Below are positions 12,627 through 27,744 of a stretch of DNA of 64,000 nucleotides, piece after piece; position 1 is the stretch's first letter, and every line of letters starts with the position of its first letter. Location of the stretch: assembly GCA_964016885.1 (NCBI GenBank), contig OZ024745.1, positions 90,520,001 through 90,584,000 of the forward strand. The letters are read 5' to 3'. The stretch comes from Eledone cirrhosa (lineage: Eukaryota). A program made the translations under genes and the position numbers. The notes under the pieces were generated by a model. The model saw only the letters and a list, made by a program, of their open reading frames with translations, was not told where the DNA came from and did not search any database.

Positions 12627-13848
12627 TAATATATCTGAAGGTACAAGGTACCCCCAGAAATACTTAGGTTGTCTATGATTCAAGGTGGTTCTATGGTAAT
12701 AATTTGATATACCAGAACTTAATATCAAGATAAGCAGAACAAGCAAAATTTAACCAATTTTTCAAAATAAATCAAAATTAATTTACAATTAAAATTAATC
12801 AAAATTAAAAAATATAATATAAATATTTACCTATTCAGATAGCCCTTACTGTACAGTTTCACTTTGCAAAACATTAGATATCACATGGATATTAATGGAA
12901 AGACAAAGATCATCAGAGAAGCATTTTCCTTTCCTAGGGTTAAAAACCTCAGGAACGATAAAATATATGACCTCGTCCCCAACTGACACGAGTCTAAAGC
13001 TCGTAAAAGTTACCCGTATGTTCGCTGTTGTGAAGTGAAGGCGGGAAATCGTAGACTTGTTGTCTATAGTCGCCACTAAAACAAATAGCAGCTAGATAGA
13101 ACGACAGATTTGTTCTCTACATACCGGAGAATATGAATAAAGTTAATATATCTGAAGGTACAAGGTACCCCCAGAAATACATAGGTTGTCTATGATTCAA
13201 GGTGGTTCTATGGTAATAATTTGATATACCAGAACTTAATATATTTTTTAATTTTGATTAATTTTAATTGTAAATTAATTTTGATTTATTTTGAAAAATT
13301 GGTTAAATTTTGCTTGTTCTGCTTATCTTGATATTAAGTTCTGGTATATCAAATTATTACCATAGAACCACCTTGAATCATAGACAACCTATGTATTTCT
13401 GGGGGTACCTTGTACCTTCAGATATATTAACTTTATTCATATTCTCCGTTATGTAGAGAACAAATCTGTCGTTCTATCTAGCTGCTATTTTTTTTAGTGG
13501 CGACTATAGACAACAAGTCTACGATTTCCCGCCTTCACTTCACACCAGCCTACATACGGGTAACTTTTACGACCTTTAGACTCGTGTCAATTGGGGACGA
13601 GGTCATATATTTTATCGTTCCTGAGGTTTTTAACCTTAGGAAAGGAAAATGCTTCTCTGATGATCTTTGTTTTTCCATTAATATCCATGTGATATCTAAT
13701 GTTTTTCAAAGTGAAACTGTACAGTAAGGGCTATCTGAATAGGTAAATATTTATATTATATTTTTTTTATTTTGATTAATTTTAATTGTAAATTAATTTT
13801 GATTTATTTTGAAAAATTGGTTAAATTTTGCTTGTTCTGCTTATCTTG

Positions 13849-13850
<2 letters not shown>
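12620..13850. mobile_element. Inverted pair of >1-unit tandem arrays of a ~518-nt hammerhead-containing monomer (retrozyme-like)
   Basis: 12620-12725 recurs at 13138-13243; 13241-13335 recurs at about 13757-13850; right half is the reverse complement of the left; (TA)n flanks. Confidence 0.85.
13651..13731 (+). ncRNA. Type-I hammerhead ribozyme (mirror copy 12842-12922 -)
   Basis: CTGATGA-t-CTTTG...CAAAG-t-GAAA-CTGTACAG-TA-AGGGC; perfect palindrome ACTGTACAGT; GUA site. Confidence 0.8.
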
Positions 13851-13880
<30 letters not shown>

Positions 13881-15335
13881 TATTCAAATTTAAAAGATAT
13901 GTGCAGAGAGAGAAAGAATCATATATCGTTTGAGAAATATATAGTCTTTTGTGTACATATATATATAGAGAGAGAGAGAAAGAGAGAGAAAATAAAATTC
14001 AGGAAAATATACATATTTGAAGGTGGTACAAAAAATTGATTTCTTTCCTCACACCACTTTCTCATAGACCAAAAGAACGAAGCAAAACCATCGATCTAAG
14101 TAATCAATTATCATGAGTGTTAATTAAATGACTTGGTAATCGCCTCACAATTTTAGAGAAATTAAATCCCCTTCACTCAGTCTCTTCAAAAGATGAATCA
14201 ACTCGTTTTGTTGATACCTTTAAAATGAATATAAAGCGATCTACTACATAATAGTTTCTACTCTCAAAGAAATATTGCAATTTCACAGATACTCAAGCGT
14301 GTTTAGAATAAGATCCTCGAGAAATGGGTAAATCTTCGCCATTTATATCCTAATTCATAACTTGATTGTTTCGTGTGTAAATATCTCTCAAACACGATTT
14401 TTCTCTTGTTCATCTTCCTCAATTTCACAGATATTTGACATGATATATTGCTCTTGTCATTGAAAAGATTATATTGCCATGTGGCATGTATTTTTTAAAG
14501 TTTTACATGATAACTAACGGTCAGCCCAGAAGCTAATCAACTTGGTATAGTTTCAGTAAAGAAAGCTATGATTTGTAACCATTTCAATCTTGACATTGGT
14601 GTAATAGCAGATTCGCAGTTAATCGATAGCGTGTATTACAATCAGAGAAAAGTGTAAACCTGTTGTCATTTGTATGTATTTTTATCGGATATTTATTTTA
14701 TTTTCTGTTTGCATTCAGTCTATTACCTACATAAGACTCATTCCTTCGTACTTACTTTCATAGAACATTCTTATTAACATTACACTTTCGTGGTGAGAAT
14801 CTCTATGTGGAAATTCGTTCAAACTTCATAAACTGAAACTCATTTTATTTTAAATGATTTTATTGTTGCAGTAACATGATAAAATAACACCTCTGAAATT
14901 CGACTTGTTGCAGACTCTAAGAACTCAAGACTCCTCTGGGGGAAGCATATGGTCAACAGCAAGCAACACTTTCCCTTCTTAGGTCGAGAGCAAAAGTATG
15001 GTAAATCAGTCTCGGAGAAAATTATCGATGACACAAATACACTCATTACATTTACGAAACAATAACTTTCTAATGAGCAATGTAAAGAATTTAGACGCTC
15101 CGATTTATTTAAAGAAAGATCATTTAGTTGATTTGATTATAAAACGTACATCATTATCTCTACCCACTCCTGCAGGATTTTCTTTCCAGAAGAAAGTATA
15201 TTCATAAAACTATTCAGTGGATTGGCCATCCCAAAACAATATGTGTTTCTAAGAGGCCTACAATGTCAGTTGATAAAGCTGTACACTGCTTCCATTGACA
15301 ATAAATGTTCATATATTACAGTATGGGGAGGACGG

Positions 15336-15545
15336 TGGATTGGCAGTATCGGTAGAGAGTCGGACACCATGCTTTGCAGCATAGAGTTTCGGACCCTTAC
15401 GGTCTGAGTTCAAATCCCACCGAGGTTAACTTTGCCTTTCATCCTTACGGGGTCGATAAAATAAAGCACTAGTAATGTACTGGGTTCGATTTAATCGACT
15501 TCCCCCACCACCAAAATTACTGGCCTTGTATCTATACTAGAAATT
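15336..15545 (+). mobile_element. SINE family A
   Basis: Matches 8272-8452 and 6211-6416. Confidence 0.85.
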
Positions 15546-15600
15546 ATATATTTCAGTATGGTATTTTCATGCTGGTGGAAGAGGAATATCATTTTGATAT

Positions 15601-15677
<77 letters not shown>

Positions 15678-15918
15678 TGAGTATGTGTGTGTGAAGGTAC
15701 ATGGCTTTGTGGTTACTTGTAATTCGAATGGCCAGCCTTGTCATATTTTGCGTCGCGCTGAATCTCCCTAAGAACTACGTTAAAAGTACGCGTACCTGTG
15801 GAATGCTCAGCCACTTGCACGTTAAATTCACGAGCAGGCTGTTCCGTTGAACGGAGCAACTGGAAAACTCGTCGTCGTAACCAACGTAGTACCTCAGTTT
15901 CATATATATATATATATA

Positions 15919-17280
15919 TACTAGCAGTGGTACCCGGCGTTGCACGGGATAAGGTATTTTGGAACGCGGGCCGCCAACAGACCTAATCGTGGAAAAACTG
16001 CATGCCTGGACAATATGTAAAGAAAATAAACCGAATACTCTGATGGCTAGATAATCTTTAAGATTTTCCTCGATGAAACAAGAAAAATGCAGGTTTTCAC
16101 CTAATGCGGGCACTAGGGGATCAAGAAAATGAATTTTTTTTATGTGCATAATATGCCTTGAAATTTCGGGAAAATCGGCTAGACGTAACGCCTCAAAAAA
16201 ACCCTAAAAAGCTGAAAAAATAAAGTTTTTCACCTAATGCGGGCCCTAGGCCATAAAAAGTTGGATTTTCTTTGCTCATGGTATGAAGAAGAGACTGATT
16301 AATACATAGTTACAATTTCAAGGAAATCGGTCTGACATAACGCCTCAAAAAAACTCTAAAAAGCTGAAAAAACGCAATTTTTCACCTAATGCGGGCCCTA
16401 GGCCATAAAAAAAAGTTGGATTTTCTTTGCTCACGGTATGAAGAAGAGACTGACTAATACATAGTTACAATTTCAAGGAAATCGGCCTGACGTAACGCCT
16501 CAAAAAACCCCTAAAAAGCTGAAAAAACGCAGTTTTTCACCTAATGGGGAATCAACAAGTTGAATTTCTTAATGTTCTTAACACTCCCTGAAGCACAAGT
16601 AATACACATGTAAAATTTGAAAAAAATCGGTTGGGTACTTCGCGGGTTTCACACACACACATACACACATACATGGTGGTTGCCAACTCGTTTTCGAGTA
16701 CGGCCACTACTCTATATCCATGTAGGAGAACCCCTACCGATGCGCTGAACGAGTGTGACATTTTAGTCCAGCCAGCGACTTGAAAACTCTGGTACAAACA
16801 CTACACTTGTGACAATTATTGACACATAGTGCTGGGCCCATGGTACCATGTGACGACAAGTGCAGAGAGATCTCCAGATATAAAACAATGCCTGTGCCGT
16901 GAAGCTTTTATAGTGAGCAAAGGCATTGCACAAAGCCAGTCCCACTCTCTTAACCAAGATGATATTTACCAAAAAGAAGAACAAGTCAACATCATTGGAT
17001 ACCATCAGGGTTGCAGGTGTTATATCAGATTTTTCCTTCTCCTAGAATTCTGCCTTGACAAAGGCTAAGGGCTCATCTCTGCCGGTGATTTTGGATGGCC
17101 ATTGACTCTTAAGAGCTCCTTTGCCCTTTGACAAGTTTTGTTTTTAGTCCTGCAGGTGAGGAGGGTGACTTTGGACATACATACATACATACATACATAC
17201 ATACATACATACATACATACATACATACATACATACATACATACATACATACATCCTTCCTCAGTTTTATATATATACAT
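15919..17280 (+). mobile_element. Non-autonomous Helitron-like element with internal ~150-bp tandem repeats, interrupted by an RTE-derived element
   Basis: 5' ACTAGC..CCCGGCGTTGCACGGG hairpin; units starting near 16094, 16226, 16378, 16533; AAATTTGA..AATCGG, (CA)n, CAGTTTTATATATATA 3' end. Confidence 0.6.
16673..17176 (-). mobile_element. Non-autonomous RTE-derived element, copy 3
   Basis: Near-identical to 3550-4030; inserted in the microsatellite of the Helitron-like element. Confidence 0.8.
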
Positions 17281-17282
17281 AT

Positions 17283-17580
17283 ATAGATTAAAATAACAGA
17301 TTTAAGTTTAACCAAAGAATCGCTGCTTTCACACTTAACGGGATCTTCTGAAACTAAAAACATCAATCTGTGAACGCAGAAGTAAATATTTCGAAAAACG
17401 TTGCAACCCAAGAAAAACAGGAAGATGATAATTTGGTTCGTGAAGACGTTCCCTGGCAATGAACGGAAAATAGCAAACAGAATACGTCATCAATGTTCGT
17501 CAGAATGTCGTAATGCAGGCAGCCAGGCATACAGACAGATATTATAAGAGCGCTACGGAGATGGATAACCACCGCCTAAC
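17283..17580 (-). repeat. TA-associated repeat family with hammerhead-like variant (also 31476-31825, 40085-40172, 9035-9100)
   Basis: Shared TTAAAATAACAGATT..GAATCGCTGCTTTCAC..GATCTTCTGAAACT. Confidence 0.65.
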
Positions 17581-17749
17581 ACCCCTTTAACTACAGAAAA
17601 TTGAAAAATAAAAGCTGCAGTTAATATCTTTAGACAGCAAGGAATATACAAGTGCAAGTTTGATGTCAATCGGAGTAGAAATGTGGATTTGTATAGACTT
17701 TGCAAAAATGAGGACACACACACAGACAACTACAGTTTTATATATATAG

Positions 17750-17751
<2 letters not shown>
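17581..17751 (+). mobile_element. 3' end of a second Helitron-like element
   Basis: AAGTTTGATGTCAATCGG..(CA)n..CAGTTTTATATATATAGAT, same end architecture as 17253-17280. Confidence 0.45.
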
Positions 17752-17834
<83 letters not shown>

Positions 17835-17863
17835 AAGAAGAAGAAGAAGAAGAAGAAGAAGAA
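17752..17863. repeat. (TAA)n(GAA)n microsatellite abutting the Dong-like element
   Basis: Seen directly. Confidence 0.95.
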
Positions 17864-20800
17864 GCACGTGGTGGATAGAGTGTTATGGAATCGCTCCCCC
17901 TCACATTAAGGAACCACTCATGATAATAACAATTTAAAAAACAAAAGAAAACCCGTGACCAAGAAATACCGGGATGGCGGCCGGCGGAGAATAGCCTTGT
18001 CTCTAGGGGAGGACGACCCCTCTAGTCTTGGTTGACACTAGTCCTAGGAGTGGTAACACGAAATGATTACCCCTTGGCGGTTAAGGATAAAACGCAACTA
18101 AATAAAGCCAATGCCAAATGATAAAATCTCATACCTGATCGGCCGTCACCCGAGTCAAAAAGGGCCGCGTCCCTCAGAGAGGGACCAGACTGGGGTCGAA
18201 AAATCAGCTAATGGTTCAAACCTTCCCATCAATTCGGAGCTGAAGACCTCCCATAACCGGAATACTCCTACTGTTGGCCCTCCATGCTCACCGCCAAGAA
18301 ATCCAAAGAGAGAAAAATGGTCAAGAGAAGACAATAAAGAAGTCCTTAAGGCTTTCTACACTGCCATGTACTACCCATCAAATAGATTGAATACAGAACC
18401 GACTTATAACAACTGGAAAAAGAAACATCCCGAAAACTTTGTTGACAGTAACAAACTAGCTAATATACGAAGAAATATTGTTAAGAAAAAGTTATTAACT
18501 GATATAGAAATTAATCAGATCAAGCTATTAGCACAAAGTCAGCGAAGGGGAAATGAAACATGTGTCAGTGAAAACGAATCACTGACAGCAGAACAAATTA
18601 AAGAAAGGATCGAAAAAGTGGAAGGAGTGAATGCTCAAGATGAAACTCAAAATGAAAACAATGAGATCGTCAATGATAAACAATGAGATTATCAATGATA
18701 AAGAAATGAATGAGAATGAACTCGCCGACTTGAAGAATGAAATTATGATCGAATAGATGAAAATGAAAGAATGTGATATGGGGGAACGGGACACTCTCCC
18801 TAAGATCCAGAATTCCAAACAAAACCAAAGGATAATACACAAGACTAACATAACTCTCAAAAATATTATCATCACAAACAAACTAAACATTACTGATCTA
18901 AATCATCTCTATTATGCATCGGCTAAAGTCACCACTCACTTATGTGGAGTGAAAATGAAAGAACAAAAGAATCCCCACAAAAACCTACTTGGCAAGAGAA
19001 CATCAATCGCCAAATAAACCTTCTCCGATCTGACATAGAAATTTTAGCAAACTACAAAGTAGGTGAACATGTTAAACAAACTAAACTTAGAAAATTGAAA
19101 AGAAAATACAGTATAAAATCAACAAATGACATAGATATGCTGATAGAAACAATCAAGCAAAAAGTGTCGGCCAAAGTTGCTCATATAAGGCGCTTTGAAA
19201 AACGATCTAGATTCTATAAGGACAATAATATGTTCAAAAACAACCAAAGTAACTTCTACAGAAAAATTGGCAAGTCAACAATAACTGCTAAATCAATACC
19301 ACCCAAGGAGGAAGTGCAAGAATTCTGGGAAAAGATCTGGGCCGAAGAAAAAGTTCATAATATACATGCCCCATGGATAGACAAACAAATGAAAGATACA
19401 GCTCACCTTGAGGAACAAACATGGGAAAATATAACAGTTGAATATCTGCGTTTAGCTCTTAGAAAATCCAGCAAATGGGAATCCCCAGGGAAAGATAAAA
19501 TACCAAATTTTTGGATAAATGCCTTCACAGAGTCTCATGAGCTGTTAGCCCAACTTTACAATGAAATGGTTAAGGAGCCAGAAAAGATACCATCATGGCT
19601 AGTTAACGGTATTACATTCCTACTTCCGAAGAATGATGAAACAAACAATCCCAAAAATTACAGACCGACAACTTGCTTGACCACAATGTATAAAATGTTA
19701 ACATCAGTCCTAACTGAATGTACATATGATCACCTGATAACAAATGATCTATTTCTCAATGAGCAGAAAGGGAGTAAACTAGGCTCATATGGCTGTAAGG
19801 ATCAGCTTTTGGTTAACAAAATGATACTGGAAGATTGTCATAATAGACACAAAAATCTATCAATTGCTTGGATAGATTACAAAAAAGCATTCGATAGTTT
19901 GCCACACAGTTGGATTGAAAAGTGTTTAGAGATTTTCAAAATATCTCCCGATGTCAGGAGGTTCCTGTCATTCAGTATGAAGACATGGAAAACGACACTC
20001 CTTTTGAATAGTGAAAAAAAAACACTAGAAGCTGGAGAAGTTAATATTAATTTTTCAGGGTGACTCTTTATCACCGGTTTTATTCTGCATCGCACTTAAG
20101 TAAAATGCTCAATGAAACAAAACATGGATATAAAGTCTATGACTTAGAAGTTCAGGCATTAATCTTGATCGGGGGAATGTGCTAAGAGAACTTGATCAAG
20201 AGGAAACTTACAAATATCTAGGTGTTTGTGAAGGAGACGGAATCAAGCACTCGACAATGAGGGAATGGATAAGGAAGGAATGTTACCGCAGAGTAAGAGC
20301 AATCTTAAGAACGGAATTGAATGCAAGGAATAGGATCGATGCCATAAACACGCTTGCCATACCAGTAGTAACCTACAGTTTCAATGTCATCAACTGGTCC
20401 AACACAGAGATCCGTAGGCTCGATACAAAAATTAGAAAATTCTTAACCATGTACAGAAAATTCTTAACCAAGGCAGATACAGATAGAATATATCTCCCTA
20501 GGAAAGAAGGAGGACGTGGATTAATCCAGTTAGATATTGCTTTGAAAACTGCAACAATTGGATTACCTACATATTTAAGGGAATCACATGATTTGATGAT
20601 CAAACTCGTTTTGAAACATGAAAGCATCAAAAGATCATATTCAATTATAAAAGATGCACAAAGATACAGTAATGGACTACAAATTTCAGAAGTCCCATTT
20701 ACTCCGGAAATGAAAAACACAGAAAAAGCAAAGCCGGTAAAAATAACTGCAAAGAAAGAACTGCTACAGAAACTGGCAAAGAAATGGCAAGAAAAGCCTC

Positions 20801-21305
20801 TGTATAGAAAATACCCAGAAAGAGCTAACAATCCTGATGTTGACAACACTTTAACCCATCAGTGGTTGGCATCCTCTGGACTGAAATCGGAGACTGAAGG
20901 ACTAATTATATCAGCACAAGATCAGTGTCTGCCAACAAAAAATTACCAAGCCAACATAATAAAAAATGGATGCAACCCATTATGCCGTGTATGTAAAAAA
21001 CAACCAGAGACCATTGACCATATAATTTCAATGTGCAGTCCTATAGCTCCAACCGAATACCTAAACAGGCATGACAGAGCTGCACAATACATACATTGGA
21101 TAATGTGTAAGCATTTTGACCTGCCCCATCAAAAGAATTGGTGGGAGCATCAACCACCTCCCATACTTGAAAAAGATCACATCTCAATCTTGTGGAACTT
21201 TAGCATCCAAACAGACCGAAAAATAGATGCAAATAGACCTGATATAATACTGAAGGACTTTAAAAAGAGGGTATGCCTGCTAATTGATATGTCCGTTCCA
21301 AAAGT
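17864..21305 (+). mobile_element. Near full-length R4/Dong-like RLE LINE, disrupted by stops, frameshifts and an RT-core deletion; 3'-truncated
   Basis: ORFs 18111-18686, 18942-20063, 20179-21324: SPGKDKI, NYRPTTC, WIDYKKAFDS, QGDSLSP remnant, YKYLG, CRVC..ETIDHIISMC, RHD, RPDII; (TAA)n flank typical of Dong. Confidence 0.9.
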
Positions 21306-21329
21306 TTATAATGTTCTATTTTGATTTCA

Positions 21330-23337
21330 ATAATATTTATATTTTTCGGGAGAGTTCTTTGGATTGGTGGGGTGTAGTAATTTTTGTCTGTGATGTCTGT
21401 GTGCTGCTTTATATGTTGTAAGAGTACTTTATTTGCCGTATTTATGGCTGTGTACTTTTTGGTGGGAGAGGTGGTTTTGTTGCTGTTTTCTTGTTGTGTG
21501 TGCTTTGTTGTGTTTGCGATGTTGGTGATGCTGGTGGTGGTGTGGTTGTTATTGGAGGTGATGCTTGTGGTGGTGATGGTGATGGTGGTGGTGTTGCTGC
21601 AAGTCTCCTTGCAGCCTTTACCCCCTCTTTGTTTACCTTCGATTTTGGAGGGTGAAGCTAAGTGGTTGTTTTCTTTTTTTGTTTTTGGTGGCAGACCGTT
21701 TGCCACTTCCCTCCCGCCTCATACTCCATGTCGGATTCCGTGGCGTCTGGGAGGGCTATGAGCTCCACTGCTGTTGGTGGTGGTAGTGGAGCCTGCTCCG
21801 GCGATTTTACCGCCGGTGTAGCTAATGCGACTGTTGCCGCCACTGTTGCCGATGCTTTAGTTGTCCGTGGCCTTGGTATGGGTGCCACGGACGTTGCCCT
21901 CCTACTCGCCATGGAAGGGTCTTCTGCCTCTGCGGCCTGCCCTGCTCTTGGTAGCAGCGGATCAGGCGTCGGAAGGAGGGGGGGGCCCTCTTCTTGACTA
22001 TCTTCTGCGGGCAGAAGGCCCTGAGGTGACCCTTCTGCCCACAGAGATAACACTTTGGGTGCCTTCCTTCCACGCTTATAGGGAGATAGAGCCCTTCTTC
22101 GAGGTCTATGATATCTGGAATGGCCTCGATGCACTCCTGGTCAGTTTGTATTAGCATTTGCATGCACATTCCTGACCAGTTCTCTCTTCCCATTCTCTGT
22201 ATTTGCAGTATGGTGGTCTTCTCCTCGATTCCACCAAGAACAGACGCGGCCAGCTAAGGTATGGGCACGTCGGGCTGGACCTTAGTCACTTTGACCCTCT
22301 CAATTTTCTGCCCGCAGTAGGAGGGCACCAAAACTATCTCCTCACTCTTTAGGGTTTCCAAAGAGTGATACTTCGCTTCTTGGGGGGTGGCGAAAAGTAC
22401 GTCTACTGGGGCGTACTTTTTGCCTCGGGTGATGTGGGTTTTGCGTACCCAGGCGCACCCCAAGGCCTTTTGGATTTGAGCCTCTGTGGCTCTCTCCATC
22501 CGATGTGACATTTTGCTTACGGTGCGGTAAGTCACCGTGCGCAGCTGTTGGTCTTTGAAGAAATCGGGTGGAGGTTTCAGGGAAACTCTATTGTCATATC
22601 TTGTCACCATGGCTCTTGCGACTGCCATCTCCTCCTCCGTGACTAGCACTGTCTCTATATTTCGGTCCACATCTGCAAAAGAAGTGGCCCCTTTTTCAGC
22701 GGCACCATTATTGCTACCGCTACTGCTGCTACTGGTCTTGTTGTTGCTACTGCTACAAACGGTGTTGTTGGTGTTGTTGCTGTTATCACTGTTATAGTTG
22801 GTTGTGTTTTTGGTGCCACCGTTGTTACTGTTTCAGATGCAATTTGTATTGTTGCTGTTGGTGTTGTCGTTGTTTATTTTCTTGTTAGTGGTGTTAATAT
22901 CGTTGTTGCATTTGTTGTCCTTTTTTTCTGTTGTCTGTATTTTGGTTGTCGCTGTTATTGTTGTAGTTGCTGTGGTAATTTTTTATAAATTAGTGTTCTC
23001 AGTGTTGTCTTTATTCACGTTGTATGTGGTGGTGTTTGTTGTATCAATTTCTGTAACCCTCCTCTCAACGTTTAGGCCGTTGTCACACCACGACAGCAGA
23101 CATATTGCTGGGGGGCGTAGCTCAGTCATGCTATATTTTTTTATTTTTAAAAGTCAAATGTTCAAATATTGTTCAAATATTTTGGCCAAAAGGCCCAAAT
23201 ATTATACTTTCCCCTTCACAGGGCAAAGTCCAAGGGCTCATATCCCTTACACAACAAGAAAAATTAAACAACAAATAATTATAACAGGTAAATAAAGCGA
23301 CTTACTGGGAGCGAGCAAAAAGACGTCCGAACAGACC
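21330..23337 (-). mobile_element. Tx1-like LINE 5' fragment (gag-like ORF1), disrupted
   Basis: Zinc knuckle CYLCGQKGHLRAFC (CX2CX4HX4C); WQTV..KKK motif; low-complexity N-terminus. Confidence 0.7.
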
Positions 23338-23355
23338 ATTAATAATATTAATAAT

Positions 23356-23800
23356 AATTGTTTCTACTTTTGGCACAAGGCCAGCAATTACCCTTGTTCA
23401 TTACTGGTACTTTATTTTATCGACCACGTAACGATGAAAGGCAAAGTTAACCTCGGCGGGATTTGAACTCAAATCATAATCATAAAGGGAGGTAACTGCA
23501 AAGCATGGCGTCCGACCCTCTACCGATACTGCCAATTCACCAAACGAAAGATATATACTTTATATCATCTCTATTTATTTTATTATATATATTACTATTA
23601 TTATCATATATGAGGGTGACGGATTGGCAGTATTGGTAGAGCGTCGGACAACATACATGGTGGAATTGAGTTACAACCCTTTACGTTCTGAGTTCAAATC
23701 CCGCCGAGGTTAACTTTGCCTTTCATCCTTACGGGGTCGATAAAATAAAGCACCAGTAATGCACTAGGTAATTGCTGGCCTTGTGCCAAAGTAGAAACAG
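23356..23800. mobile_element. Two divergent SINE family A copies (23356-23537 -, 23620-23800 +)
   Basis: Family A core on opposite strands. Confidence 0.85.
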
Positions 23801-24164
23801 TTATCATAATAATACTCCGGATAATACACCGTTGAGTGCTTGGCATCTGTTATATATAGGAATCAGTTGAAAATCAACTAACTCTTTTTTCATTGATTAA
23901 TATATATATATATAATACATCATACACTTTCAACCAGTGGTGCCTGTAATTGTGTTCTCTCAAGCATAACATCTTTTTAACTCCTAGCTCTCCACATGAT
24001 GCCTTTGACACTAAAAACAATTATGTACCATAAATGTTCTGAATGACTAGGATTTTAGTCACATGTTTCGATATTCCCTATGCTCCGATGATTCCAGACT
24101 TCCCTCTGAAAGAAACAATTGTCAGCAAATAAATGTTCTAAACTAAAATTTGATCGTTTTAACA

Positions 24165-26264
<2,100 letters not shown>

Positions 26265-27485
26265 AACGAAGGAAATGTGGTAAGGAACCAGGTGGACCAT
26301 AACGCACCAAAGTACTCAATACTTGAGGTAGTAGAGTGGGTAATAGGAACCAGTAAGACCCCGACAGCTGAGCTCAAGCCGTTTCGACGGCTAATTCTGG
26401 ACTAAATGAAAATTTATCCTGGTATTTAAATAGCCGATCTTCTCAAGGGGTAATTCCATATATGGTCAAAGTGATTGTCAAAAATCAGTAGTAATTCTGT
26501 GGTTGCAAATTAGTAGGGGAGATGGTGGCTAAACCTGCCAGTAGGAGAAAGAGGGGAGGGGTGGAGTAGCCCCAATCAAGCGTTTGTAGTGCCAGCTACA
26601 GCTGGGCATGAGGTCAAAGAAGATACAGGGGAGGGGGAGGGGGAGGAAGTCGGAACGGTAGGTAGAACAATGGGGGGTAAAAATATATAGGAAAGAAAAA
26701 ATACTGAGAGTGAAGAAAAGCAAATAAGTGTAAAGAAAAACAAATGAGTGTAAAGAAAAAAGTAAAGTAAATTAAATTCTACGACCTAGGTCTCTAGCTA
26801 TTGTTAGTCTAGAATAAATAAATAAAGAAAGAAAGAAAGAAGTAAAGAAAGAAATAAAGAATTAACGAAATAAGTAAAAGAACTAGGTGGGACGGAATAG
26901 GCGAGGACCCTTCTAAGAGGTATAAGTACGTAAATGATACGGTGACGGGTCAACAAAAGGGGCCAAAATACTAAAGAGACTACCACGAAATACACAATAA
27001 AGGTTTCCCGGGACTCAGAATTATTATCTCGTATTAGTTCACTTTGCTGCACTGGGTGGTTGCTGGAATTGTGCCCGGGATGGAAACCTTTATTGTGTAT
27101 TTCGTGGTAGTCTCTTTAGTATTTTGGCCCCTTTTGTTGCCCCTATATATTTCTACCCCCCATTGTTCTACCTACCGTTCCGACTTCCTCCCCCTCCCCC
27201 TCCCCTGTATCTTCTTTGACCTCATGCCCAGCTGTAGCTGGCACTACAAACGCTTGATTGTGGCTACTCCACCCCTCCCCTCTTTCTCCTACTGGCAGGT
27301 TTAGCCACCATCTCCCCTACTAATTTGCAACCACAGAATTACTACTGATTTTTGACAATCACTTTGACCATATATGGAATTACCCCTTGAGAAGATCGGC
27401 TATTTAAATACCAGGATAAATTTTCATTTAGTCCAGAATTAGCCGTCGAAACGGCTTGAGCTCAGCTGTCGGGGTCTTACTGGTT

Positions 27486-27490
<5 letters not shown>
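26265..27490. mobile_element. Large asymmetric palindromic element
   Basis: Outer arms 26343-26691 and 27142-27490; inner arms 26951-27008 and 27082-27139; about 260 bp missing from the right arm. Confidence 0.85.
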
Positions 27491-27520
<30 letters not shown>

Positions 27521-27609
27521 ATATATATATCTATATATTTGTATATATACATATATATATATATTTGTATATATATATATATATTTGTATATATATATAT
27601 ATATATTTG

Positions 27610-27724
<115 letters not shown>

Positions 27725-27744
27725 ATATATATATATATATATAT

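Noticed and set aside
12846-13727. Mirrored 76-aa ORFs (similar pairs at 4443/4612 and 26529/27044)
   Set aside because: By-products of the inverted repeats with no protein features
14030-15310. Possible ancient LINE remnant on the minus strand
   Set aside because: Only faint motif resemblance; cannot be supported without a profile search
16094-16548. Regularly spaced repeats resembling a CRISPR array
   Set aside because: Whole ~150-bp units repeat without unique spacers; eukaryotic context and no cas genes
24030-24106. Minus-strand acceptor (GCTGAC..TTTCTTTCAG) and a 37-bp candidate exon near 43461-43497
   Set aside because: Splice-like signals only; no consistent reading frame or recognisable protein
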